Shown one piece after another: positions 1-7,911 of a stretch of DNA of 32,941 bases. Position 1 is the first letter of the stretch; the number at the start of each line of letters is the position of its first letter. This DNA is from a virus. Taxonomy: Duplodnaviria > Caudoviricetes. The stretch is from positions 1-32,941 of IMG/VR virus record IMGVR_UViG_3300035562_000032, one strand, 5' to 3'. The notes beneath the pieces were generated by a model, which worked only from the letters and a program-made list of their open reading frames with translations, made no database searches and was not told the origin of the DNA. A program made the translations under genes and the position numbers.

Positions 1-1
1 T

Positions 2-271
2 ACCTTCGAAAATGCGGTAGTTATCCTGGATGAAGCCCAGAACGTTACCGCCAGCCAAATGAAGATGTTCCTGACCCGTTTGGGTGAGAACGTCACGGTA
101 ATCGTCAATGGTGACATAACCCAGTGCGACTTGCCGCGCGGCGTGAAGTCCGGCCTCAGCGACGCGATGGAGCGCTTCGAAGAGGATGAAATGATTGGCA
201 TCATCCGCTTTGATAAACAAGACTGCGTCCGCTCCGCCCTGTGCCAGCGCACGCTCAACGCCTACAGTTAA
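2..271 (+). CDS. phoH: PhoH-family ATPase, 3' end of a host gene (5' truncated by the window)
   Basis: Frame reads TFENAVVILDEAQNVTASQMKMFLTRLGE...NGDITQCDL...VRS, the PhoH Walker-B, LTRLG and GD-x-x-Q-x-D motifs. Confidence 0.9.
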   Translation, partial: TFENAVVILDEAQNVTASQMKMFLTRLGENVTVIVNGDITQCDLPRGVKSGLSDAMERFEEDEMIGIIRFDKQDCVRSALCQRTLNAYS

Positions 272-287
272 AACCAGCCTGTTAACC

Positions 288-311
288 AAAGGCCGCCTCG
301 GCGGCCTTTTT
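288..311. terminator. Bidirectional intrinsic terminator for convergent phoH and int; overlaps the att core
   Basis: AAA-GGCCGC-CTCG-GCGGCC-TTTTT hairpin with an A-tract on the left and a T-tract on the right. Confidence 0.8.
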
Positions 312-416
312 GTTGCCTTGAATATCAGTGCTGTCTATATAAAACAGGTGGTTAAGTTGCGCTACAGACAACTACAACCCCTAGAAAACTATCCATGTGT
401 GGACGCTATGTGGACG
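290..416 (+). repeat. Left junction (attL): core plus phage arm, first copy of a 127-bp direct repeat
   Basis: Identical base for base to 32815..32941; the upstream flanks differ (ccaa versus tact). Confidence 0.9.
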
Positions 417-419
417 CTA
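398..419 (+). promoter_or_regulatory. Tandem integrase arm-type sites (TGTGGACGCTA x2)
   Basis: Perfect 11-bp tandem repeat resembling the P2 Int arm consensus TGTGGAC(A); overlaps the int stop codon. Confidence 0.75.
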
Positions 420-1400
420 AACATAGATTTTCCCTCCCAGCGGATTATAGGAAATTGCATCCTGAAGAAAATCAGGTGCAAAGTGAGCGTAGTTCATTGT
501 CTGCTCAATCCGCGCATGGCCAAGTATTCGCTGGAGCGTGATGATATTGCCCCCGTTCATCATGAAATGAGTTGCGAATGTATGGCGTAACGAATGGGAT
601 GCTTGCCCGTGAGGTAGGTTGGGTTTGGTCGCCTTAAGAATCTCTCTGAAATTGCTGTAAGAGGCTTGCGGAAACAATAACCCAGATTTTTGGGAAACGA
701 TCTCGTCAGAGACTTCCTGAGAAATGGGGACGCTGCGCCGTTTACCGTTTTTCGTCTGCACAAAGGTCACACGGTTATGAATGACATGCTCAGCTTTGAG
801 TTTGATCGCCTCTCCCCAACGTGCGCCAGTGCTAAGACACAGAACAGCCACCCGGCGGTTATCGCCATCTAATGCCAGTAGCAATGCGCTTATCTCATCA
901 CGGGCAAGATAAGTCATTTCCGTATTGGCTTCTTTGAGCTTGCCGCTGCCGCGAATTGGATGCTCACCACAGTAAAGCCCCGAGTCGACAAGGTCGGTAA
1001 ACATCCCGCTTATCGCTGTCATTTCGCGGTTAATGCTGGATGCTTTAATGCCTTCGGCTAACCGCGCCGATCGATAAGCTGTAATGCGAGATTTATCAAT
1101 CTGAAATGCGGCTGGGTTGTCCATCATTCGCGTAATGCGCTCCAGTTTTCTTAGGTAGGACTGCCCGTGGTCATTGTTCTTACCATGGTAATTCCACCAC
1201 AATTTAACCAGCTCAGATAATGACCTTTTATCCGTAGGCTTTGAGAGCCATTCTTTGTCGTGATAGCTGACAGTTATGTACTTCTCAAAAGCTTGTGCTT
1301 CATGTTTCCTATCAAATTTCCGACGGATGCGCTTTCCGTTGCGCCCGTTCGGCCTAATGTCCACTTCATATCGACCATCTTCGAGCTTCTTAATCGCCAT
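417..1400 (-). CDS. int: Tyrosine integrase, P2 Int family
   Basis: MAIKKLEDGRYEVDIRP N-terminus; catalytic TGARWGE, HSLRH, LGH and YAH motifs. Confidence 0.96.
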   Translation of the reverse strand: MAIKKLEDGRYEVDIRPNGRNGKRIRRKFDRKHEAQAFEKYITVSYHDKEWLSKPTDKRSLSELVKLWWNYHGKNNDHGQSYLRKLERITRMMDNPAAFQIDKSRITAYRSARLAEGIKASSINREMTAISGMFTDLVDSGLYCGEHPIRGSGKLKEANTEMTYLARDEISALLLALDGDNRRVAVLCLSTGARWGEAIKLKAEHVIHNRVTFVQTKNGKRRSVPISQEVSDEIVSQKSGLLFPQASYSNFREILKATKPNLPHGQASHSLRHTFATHFMMNGGNIITLQRILGHARIEQTMNYAHFAPDFLQDAISYNPLGGKIYV

Positions 1401-1487
1401 CGCGAAGCCCTCCAAGGAAGATTTTACTTTCAGGTATACAGCATGTTCTTACCCGAAAAGTGTTAAATAAATAACTTAGGTGAATGC

Positions 1488-1787
1488 TTAACCAATCTTT
1501 TGGTCTGAGTGCTGCGAGGTTGTTGCATCTTGCCCAAAGTGTGCGAGTGCCGGTGCTATTTGCCCGGATTCTGGGGATATTCGATCACTCATAAACCACA
1601 ATGTGTATTTTTCGAACCGTGGGTGACTTAGAATTTTCATTGCGGCATCTAATCCCATCCCTTTAGACCTTGTTTCATAACTAGATAGTGAACTGTATGG
1701 AACGCCAGTTAACTCACTGAATTCCTTTCTATTCAGTCTTTCTGACTCTCTAATCAACTTTAACTTCTCTGCTATGTCTATTGACAT
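1488..1787 (-). CDS. C: Immunity repressor C (XRE HTH)
   Basis: 99 aa; EKLKLIRESERLNRKEFSELTGVPYSSLSSYE HTH; YTLWFM...GQIAP motif; lies between int and cox. Confidence 0.9.
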   Translation of the reverse strand: MSIDIAEKLKLIRESERLNRKEFSELTGVPYSSLSSYETRSKGMGLDAAMKILSHPRFEKYTLWFMSDRISPESGQIAPALAHFGQDATTSQHSDQKIG

Positions 1788-1894
1788 GGGACTCCCTTTG
1801 CGTGATTATTTGCAAATCGTAGTAACAAGGTGTTTATGGTAGTAATAAAAGCTCTATAGGTGGCTATAAGTCCCTATAAGCAACTGATTACTAC
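1781..1894. promoter_or_regulatory. Lysis/lysogeny switch region (Pe/Pc) with candidate operators
   Basis: TTGACA (1781-1786), 17 bp, then GATTAT. GTAGTAA direct repeats at 1819 and 1839 with an inverted copy at 1888. CTATA(A/G)G three times at a 10-bp period (1854, 1864, 1874). Confidence 0.6.
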
Positions 1895-1912
1895 AATCGG
1901 AGAGGTTACCAG

Positions 1913-2188
1913 ATGGAAAAGCAAGTAGTAAGGCTTTCTGATGCATTGCCGTATCAAGAATTTGCCAAAGTCATCGGCAAAACCCCGGAAGCCGTGAAAG
2001 GGATGATTGATAAGGGCAAGTTGCCAACGGTTGAGATGCGTAATCCTGAGACGCCAACGGCGCGCGCAGAGCATTGGGTTTACCTTCCAGCATGGAATGC
2101 GGGAATGAAATTAGCCTATGAGCGTCGCCCGAAAGAAATTCGTGACGGGTGGCTTTTGTGGCTAGGGCTTGGTGAACCATTGTCTTGA
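1913..2188 (+). CDS. cox: Cox excisionase/repressor
   Basis: 91 aa; LPYQEFAKVIGKTPEAVKGMIDKGKLP...WVYLPAWN...GWLLWLGL; divergent from C; GGAGAGG RBS. Confidence 0.92.
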   Translation: MEKQVVRLSDALPYQEFAKVIGKTPEAVKGMIDKGKLPTVEMRNPETPTARAEHWVYLPAWNAGMKLAYERRPKEIRDGWLLWLGLGEPLS

Positions 2189-2212
2189 TTCCAGTAAAAC
2201 AGGGGTAAGAAC

Positions 2213-2383
2213 ATGCAACAACCTATCTCAATCGTCCCGTTGCTCTGGAACCACCAGACCGGGCGCAAGCTTGATATCACCATCACCCATGGTAAGGGCC
2301 GGAAAGGTATCGTCATTCGTACTCGCCGGGCCAGCCGCTGGATCTCCTCCATCAATTCAGTGTTGCGAGGTTTATCAAAATGA
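2213..2383 (+). CDS. P2 Orf78-like early protein (56 aa; absent from the ORF track)
   Basis: MQQPISIVPLLWNHQTGRKLDITITHGKGRKGIVIRTRR...; ATGA overlap with B; syntenic with P2 orf78. Confidence 0.7.
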   Translation: MQQPISIVPLLWNHQTGRKLDITITHGKGRKGIVIRTRRASRWISSINSVLRGLSK

Positions 2384-2880
2384 CAGCTATCACCGCCGGT
2401 TTTGTTCGCAACCAGCCCGCTGGGCTGCGTGCTTTGGTTGGGGAACGCCTCGCGGCTCCTCGCTGGAAAAGCACCTGCAATTTTTACAATCAGATGATGG
2501 AGCGTGAGCGCCTGACGGTCTGCTTTCACGCGGACTTAAAACAGCGTCACGCTGTTATGCGTCTGGAGGAAATGAGTGACTGCGAACGTGAGCGCGTTGT
2601 TTGCGCCATTGATGAGCTTCGCAGTGCCTTCGCTACCTATCGTAAACACGGCATTAGTAAATCTGGTTTTATTGGTCGACTGACTATCAGCCAAAGGCGC
2701 ACTTTATTTCTGCATGCTGGGTTAACTGAGGCTGAATACAATCAGCCGTACTGGCGTATTGATGATGAGTCTTGCACATGGCGCGAGGCTTTATTTAGAG
2801 CGTTGCGTGAGCTATTTAATTTATTTGACCATGCGCCAACTATATTGACCTCGGTTAAACCCGAAGCATATTTCCATTAA
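2380..2880 (+). CDS. B: Replication protein B (helicase loader)
   Basis: 166 aa; ERERLTVCFHA and QRRTLFLHAGL...QPYW motifs; position in the early operon. Confidence 0.85.
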   Translation: MTAITAGFVRNQPAGLRALVGERLAAPRWKSTCNFYNQMMERERLTVCFHADLKQRHAVMRLEEMSDCERERVVCAIDELRSAFATYRKHGISKSGFIGRLTISQRRTLFLHAGLTEAEYNQPYWRIDDESCTWREALFRALRELFNLFDHAPTILTSVKPEAYFH

Positions 2881-2943
2881 TTAACCTTCTCTGATTTTAA
2901 AGGCGCTTTATTGCGTCGGGCATTCTTTTATCTGGAGTTCTCT

Positions 2944-3201
2944 ATGCACATGTATAAAACCGTAGGCCAAGAAATGAGAAATAGGGCTGATGCGGACTCA
3001 CGTAATTTTATGTTGAACAACGCACGTGTTGAGGCAAAGGCTGATGCCGCTGTTAGCTTCTCATCTCACCTTGACCGCCTCGCAACACATGCCGCCGTCA
3101 ATCACCTGTCTAGCGTTGAGATTATCGAACTACTGCGTCAAGAGTCGGAGAAATTTGACCATGAAGCCCGCGCGCATAAGCAGGGGGTTAATCATGGCTG
3201 A
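2944..3201 (+). CDS. P2 Orf80-like (DUF2732-like) early protein
   Basis: [25 protein letters not shown]...[11 protein letters not shown] pattern; GGAG RBS; synteny. Confidence 0.7.
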   Translation: MHMYKTVGQEMRNRADADSRNFMLNNARVEAKADAAVSFSSHLDRLATHAAVNHLSSVEIIELLRQESEKFDHEARAHKQGVNHG

Positions 3202-3493
3202 GCGTCCACGCGTAGAGATTAATAACGTGTTCGCCATCATGAAAGTGAGGGCGGGCGATTTAATTCTGTCTGATGTGATAACGGACAAAGAGTCAAAAGA
3301 AAAATATTACGCAACCAGAGCTATTTATTCGAATGAATTAAATCTGGTTTCTGACCTTATTAATCTTTCTGTGAAGCGTGGTGTTTATCTTAAAACGATT
3401 ACCAGCATTAGCGAAGTGATGAAGGAATCGCACCGCATTGCGGAATTAGGTCAGCAGGCACTCAATCAACTGAATAACGAATCGGAGCTATAA
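3194..3493 (+). CDS. P2 Orf81-like early protein
   Basis: 99 aa ORF overlapping the previous stop, GGGGG RBS, syntenic position. Confidence 0.6.
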   Translation: MAERPRVEINNVFAIMKVRAGDLILSDVITDKESKEKYYATRAIYSNELNLVSDLINLSVKRGVYLKTITSISEVMKESHRIAELGQQALNQLNNESEL

Positions 3494-3495
3494 CA

Positions 3496-3711
3496 ATGCC
3501 GGATTTAATGGATTTGGTGCAACAGCGCCAGCAGGAGACGCTCACCGCACAAATTAACGCGGCACGCATTAAAGCGGGAGTGTCTGCGTCAATTTGCGAG
3601 GAGTGCGACCAAGCTATCCCGGCCGCGCGTCGTGCAGCTTTTCCCGGTGTGACTCGTTGCGTGTCATGCCAAACCATCCACGAACCACAAACCAAGCATT
3701 TCAGAGGTTAA
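3496..3711 (+). CDS. TraR/DksA C4 zinc-finger protein (P2 Orf82-like)
   Basis: MPDLMD...CEECDQAIPAARRAAFPGVTRCVSCQ. Confidence 0.9.
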   Translation: MPDLMDLVQQRQQETLTAQINAARIKAGVSASICEECDQAIPAARRAAFPGVTRCVSCQTIHEPQTKHFRG

Positions 3712-3713
3712 TC

Positions 3714-4004
3714 ATGCTGCGCATTCCTATCGGCAAGGATTGGGTCGTCACCAGCGATGCCCATCAGTTCATTTTAAACCAGAAAAAACTGGTTAAAACC
3801 GGCAGCAAGAAGGGCGAGGTGTGGCTCGACGTAGTTGGTTATTACCCGACGGTCACGCAGTTGGTTTCCGGGTTGGTGCATTACCACGTTCGTGACTCAA
3901 CCGTCACCAGCATTGCCAGTTTGACCGCTGAGATTGAACGCATCGGCAAGCTGTGCCAAGAGGCTTTTTCCACTCACTACTCGGTTGAAAAAAATGACAA
4001 TTAA
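3714..4004 (+). CDS. P2 Orf83-like (DUF5405-like) protein
   Basis: IPIGKDWVVTSDAHQFILNQKK...GYYP motif; GAGG RBS. Confidence 0.7.
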   Translation: MLRIPIGKDWVVTSDAHQFILNQKKLVKTGSKKGEVWLDVVGYYPTVTQLVSGLVHYHVRDSTVTSIASLTAEIERIGKLCQEAFSTHYSVEKNDN

Positions 4005-4206
4005 GCAGCAATTTTTAATGGCGGTGACATCACATTTTTCATGGGGCGCTTATACCGCCGCTATTGTTTTATCAATCCTAAAAGTCATGGGTTTTGTTCC
4101 CCATGGCTCATGGTTGCAGGTCACGTCTCCGGTGTGGGGTGTCCCGCTGATTTTGTTCTTAATGGTGGCGTCGTTCGAGTGGCAGGCTAACCGGAAGCAA
4201 AAATGA
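3994..4206 (+). CDS. Small two-TM membrane protein (70 aa), accessory
   Basis: Two hydrophobic segments around ILKVMG..SWLQVTSPVW; overlaps both neighbours (ATGA overlap with A). Confidence 0.6.
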   Translation: MTIKQQFLMAVTSHFSWGAYTAAIVLSILKVMGFVPHGSWLQVTSPVWGVPLILFLMVASFEWQANRKQK

Positions 4207-6401
4207 ACAACGCCAGCGAACAAAGAGAGGCAAGGGGGCGTATAGCCCCCTCACCGCCGCCGCCATTCGCTACAACTTCTGGCGAGACGTTCGTCGGTGT
4301 TCATTCATGGAACGCCCCAAAACCCGCCATTGGCAAAGAAAGACCGCTTACCCGTGAGCAACACGCTCAGGGGCAAGCTGTTTTGCGTAAAATCCACTCC
4401 TTGCCGCATTTCCTCAGCAGTATCTTTTTGGGGCGTCATTCTTTCTTGCTGAAAGAGCAGGGGCTGCACGCCGCCAACAAATGGCTTGTACTCCAGTTTG
4501 AGCGCCGCATCTGGCCGCGCATTGAAATCGTTAACGATAAAAATGCGATGAACCTTAACGCATCGCTGTGCTTTATGGCGGAGGTGGACAACTATGCGCG
4601 CCTGCCGGGTATGGATGACAAGGAATTGCGGCGTTTTGCTGACCGCGTCGCCGGTCAATTGCTGCAAAATTATGACCGCTATTGCGAGGAGTTCATCGCT
4701 GAAAATAACGGGGATAATTCAGAGTTAATCAGCGCCTTTGTTCAGGTTGAATTCTATGGCCGTATCGCGCTTATGGCGCGGGCGTTTAACATTACTCCGA
4801 TGCATTGGCGCAAATATCTCAAAGGTAGTCTGGACACTACGTCAGCGGTTGCCAGTCTGTCACGGCTGGTTAACTCCGAGTGGTGGGAACGCCAATTGAA
4901 AGCGCAGCGCACCCGCTGGCGTGAAGCGTTGCTTATTGCAGCCGGTGAAGTGAACCTCAAAAAACACCCTTACGCGAGTAAGCAAGCTATCCGTGAGGTG
5001 CAGGCCCGGCGGCTTGCCAATATGGACTATCTGAAAGGGTGCGAGCTGGAGAACGTTGCTACCGGCGAGCGTGTTGACCTGATTGATAAAGTAATGGCCA
5101 GCATTTCTAACCCAGAAATCCGCCGCATGGAGCTGATGAGTACAATCGCAGGGATAGAGAAATTTGCCGCCAGCGAGAAGCATGTCGGCATGTTTATCAC
5201 TATCACCACCCCCTCGAAATACCACCCGACCCGCGTCGTCGGCAAAGAAGGGGCTGAAAAAGTCCAGTTTAACCACAACTGGGATTTAGAGGCTTTTTCA
5301 CCAAAAGACGGCCAGCGTTATCTTGTGCACATCTGGAGCAAGATGCGCACCGCGTTTAAAGACAACGATTTGAGCGTTTACGGCATGCGCGTCGTTGAGC
5401 CACACCATGACGGTACTCCGCACTGGCATATGATGCTTTTTTGCCAGCGAAAGCAGCGTCAGGACGTCATCGATATCATGCGTCGCTATGCCTTGAAAGA
5501 GGACGGCGACGAGCGAGGTGCGGCAAAGAACCGGTTTGAAGCCAAACACATGAACAAGGGCGGCGCGGCAGGGTATATCGCCAAATACATCGCTAAGAAC
5601 ATCGACGGTTATGCGCTCGACGGCCAGATTGACCACGACACCGGCAAGCCGCTGCGAGACATGGCTGCGGCGGTGACCTCCTGGGCGTCAACGTGGCGCA
5701 TCCCGCAGTTTCAGCCTATTGGCGTTCCCACAATGGGCGCTTACCGTGAGTGTCGGGCCGCTTGCCTTCGTGGCGTGAGCCTGTCCGATTCCTTTGATGA
5801 GCGAGTCGAGGCAGTGCGTGCGGCGGCTGATGCTGGAGACTTTGCCGCCTATATCGCCGGGCAGGGTGGCGCAAATGTTCCTCGTGATGTGCAGACCGTT
5901 CGCGTAGCCCGCAAGGTGGCCGATGAGCCGAACGCTTATGACGAAGAGGTGCAAAAGGTTGTCGGCATTTTTGCCCCGCACCTTGGCGTAGGTCATATCC
6001 ATGAAACCCGGTCAACAGAATGGCGCATTGTTCGCAAGGCTGTTGACGTTGACGTTAATCCTTTGACTTTAAAAAGCGCCTCCGGCGCGCCTCGGAGTCC
6101 TGTCAATAACTGTGGGGAGGTTCAGCGAGAACCTGATCCAGATATGCAGGTAGCGACGCCTGAGTATGTCACGGCGGTGATGAATTTGATTGAGGGTGGG
6201 GATGTTAGTTGGAATGACGCCGACGTTGCCAAGGTGTTTAGAAATGCATTAAGACAAAGGGGGAAAGGGGCTCAGCATAACCGTTCGTTAAATTTCCCAT
6301 GTGACGGGAGGGGTACCTTTAACAAAACTGACAAGGTAGTCACTCATAAGGATGGTAACTATTACTCACGATTAAGCTTAGCAAAACACGTTTTCGATTA
6401 G
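4203..6401 (+). CDS. A: Rolling-circle replication initiator A (HUH endonuclease)
   Basis: TITTPSKYH, VEPHHDGTPHWH (HUH) and GYIAKYIAKN (twin Tyr) motifs; contains ori. The C-terminus appears degenerate. Confidence 0.95.
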   Translation: MNNASEQREARGRIAPSPPPPFATTSGETFVGVHSWNAPKPAIGKERPLTREQHAQGQAVLRKIHSLPHFLSSIFLGRHSFLLKEQGLHAANKWLVLQFERRIWPRIEIVNDKNAMNLNASLCFMAEVDNYARLPGMDDKELRRFADRVAGQLLQNYDRYCEEFIAENNGDNSELISAFVQVEFYGRIALMARAFNITPMHWRKYLKGSLDTTSAVASLSRLVNSEWWERQLKAQRTRWREALLIAAGEVNLKKHPYASKQAIREVQARRLANMDYLKGCELENVATGERVDLIDKVMASISNPEIRRMELMSTIAGIEKFAASEKHVGMFITITTPSKYHPTRVVGKEGAEKVQFNHNWDLEAFSPKDGQRYLVHIWSKMRTAFKDNDLSVYGMRVVEPHHDGTPHWHMMLFCQRKQRQDVIDIMRRYALKEDGDERGAAKNRFEAKHMNKGGAAGYIAKYIAKNIDGYALDGQIDHDTGKPLRDMAAAVTSWASTWRIPQFQPIGVPTMGAYRECRAACLRGVSLSDSFDERVEAVRAAADAGDFAAYIAGQGGANVPRDVQTVRVARKVADEPNAYDEEVQKVVGIFAPHLGVGHIHETRSTEWRIVRKAVDVDVNPLTLKSASGAPRSPVNNCGEVQREPDPDMQVATPEYVTAVMNLIEGGDVSWNDADVAKVFRNALRQRGKGAQHNRSLNFPCDGRGTFNKTDKVVTHKDGNYYSRLSLAKHVFD
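6087..6106 (+). other. P2-type replication origin (A nick site, CG/GA at 6094/6095)
   Basis: GCGCCTCGGAGTCCTGTCAA matches the P2 ori sequence located inside gene A. Confidence 0.85.
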
Positions 6402-6696
6402 ATGAAGCATAAGTTACAGGTTTGTGGTGTAACGATTAGTATTGATTGCGTAACATTTATGACTTCAATAGCTTTTAAATGGACGTTTTACGCGCTATCG
6501 CGCATTTGCAAAGTAAAGAAAACAACTGGTACCGATTAAGACAAAAAATGGGCTACAATTTCTATCAGTATTGGTACCTCAGATTTTAGAAATGTTTCGA
6601 TATTTCAGTACCTAAATCTGTTAATGATCTCTTTCATACGTGATAACATTCCCGTTGTCTTACCCTATTTTATCCATTACACCATTAGGAGGCGCG

Positions 6697-7911
6697 GTGA
6701 AACCAGAACCTTGCCGAATGTTAGTTGAACAACTTCATAGTTGGTTGCATAGAAAAACCATATCCAGTTCAATCAGAAGGATTGCTACCTTACCTATCGC
6801 TTTGGCTACAGACATTGGTCTTAGTCGAGATGAGAACCAAGATAGGGTTGCAGTGATGAAGTATCGTTCACTGAATCGAAGCCATGATACGGTCGTTATC
6901 GCCCTGGCTGATGGAATGGGCGGGATGGTTGGTGGTGCAAATGCTGCATCTTTGACAATTTCATCTTTTTTTAGCTCAATGATAGAAAATGCTCATATTG
7001 ATTTGAGCGAGAGACTGGTCGATGCAGTCCAAAGTGCTACAAATGCAGTTTATAAACATTACCAAGGAGAGGGAGGGGCGACTTTATCTGCGGTTGTAAT
7101 CGAAGATGGTGATTCTATTACAGGCGTGAATGTCGGTGATAGTAGAATTTATGACATTTTCAACGGTTCTATTAATCAAATAAGTGAGGATGATACAGTT
7201 GCGGCTTTAGCTCAGAAATATAATGAAAAAAAACTGGAGCTAGATGGAAGGTTTAATCATGAATTGGTTCAGTTTATAGGCCTTGATGGTGCTTTAGAAC
7301 CTCATTTTTACATGATTCAGCCGGAGAAATTTAAAACTGTAATACTTACATCTGACGGCGCACATATAATCGGTAATGACAATATCATAAGGTTAATGGC
7401 GCATTCAAATAATATAGGTGTTTTTGTTAAACGCACCATCGATCTGGCTAATTGGTTCGGTGGTGGTGATAATTCATCAATTGCTGCGATTGATTTGTCC
7501 TATTTTAATAAGGGCAATGTTGGATCTCAAAATGGCGTCATAAATATTTGGGATCCATACGGTGAATTGCAAGTGGTGAATGTTTTTAGTGACGGTTCAC
7601 AAGATGCACCACTGACTGAAAGTAATGTTCCAGAGGTGCTTAAGGGTAGCTCGGAAGAGGCTTGTGAGAAACCAAAAGATTTAATTGGTGATGTTTGTGA
7701 ATCGAGCGCCCAAAAAGAATTACCAGAGCAATCGGATTTGGAAAATAGCACTCATCTCGCCAAAAAGAATAGTGGTTCTATGGAGGGAAAGAAAAGAATT
7801 CGTTTTAAAAGCAAACGGCAAATTACTACTCCTGCAGTTAAAGATAATAAGAAAAACAAGGTTCAATTAGATATTTCATTTCTTGATAAAAATGATGGTA
7901 AAAGCAAATGA
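6697..7911 (+). CDS. PP2C/PPM-family Ser/Thr phosphatase with a long disordered C-tail
   Basis: R-x-x-NQD, LADGMGG, GGATL, NVGDSRIY, LTSDG and GGGDNSS motifs. GTG at 6697 follows AGGAGG (alternative starts 6640 and 6718). Confidence 0.92.
   Translation: MKPEPCRMLVEQLHSWLHRKTISSSIRRIATLPIALATDIGLSRDENQDRVAVMKYRSLNRSHDTVVIALADGMGGMVGGANAASLTISSFFSSMIENAHIDLSERLVDAVQSATNAVYKHYQGEGGATLSAVVIEDGDSITGVNVGDSRIYDIFNGSINQISEDDTVAALAQKYNEKKLELDGRFNHELVQFIGLDGALEPHFYMIQPEKFKTVILTSDGAHIIGNDNIIRLMAHSNNIGVFVKRTIDLANWFGGGDNSSIAAIDLSYFNKGNVGSQNGVINIWDPYGELQVVNVFSDGSQDAPLTESNVPEVLKGSSEEACEKPKDLIGDVCESSAQKELPEQSDLENSTHLAKKNSGSMEGKKRIRFKSKRQITTPAVKDNKKNKVQLDISFLDKNDGKSK

Noticed and set aside
195-590. 131-aa ORF spanning attL
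   Set aside because: Crosses a terminator, the att site and the int 3' end; looks like a chance ORF.
6402-6539. 45-aa ORF as an independent fourth gene of the kinase operon
   Set aside because: No clear RBS; in frame with A and better explained as a remnant of the A tail.
6570-6620. Imperfect inverted repeat (CAGATTTTAG...CTAAATCTG) and GTACC repeats upstream of the phosphatase
   Set aside because: Short and imperfect in AT-rich DNA; could be a promoter operator but cannot be supported from the sequence alone.
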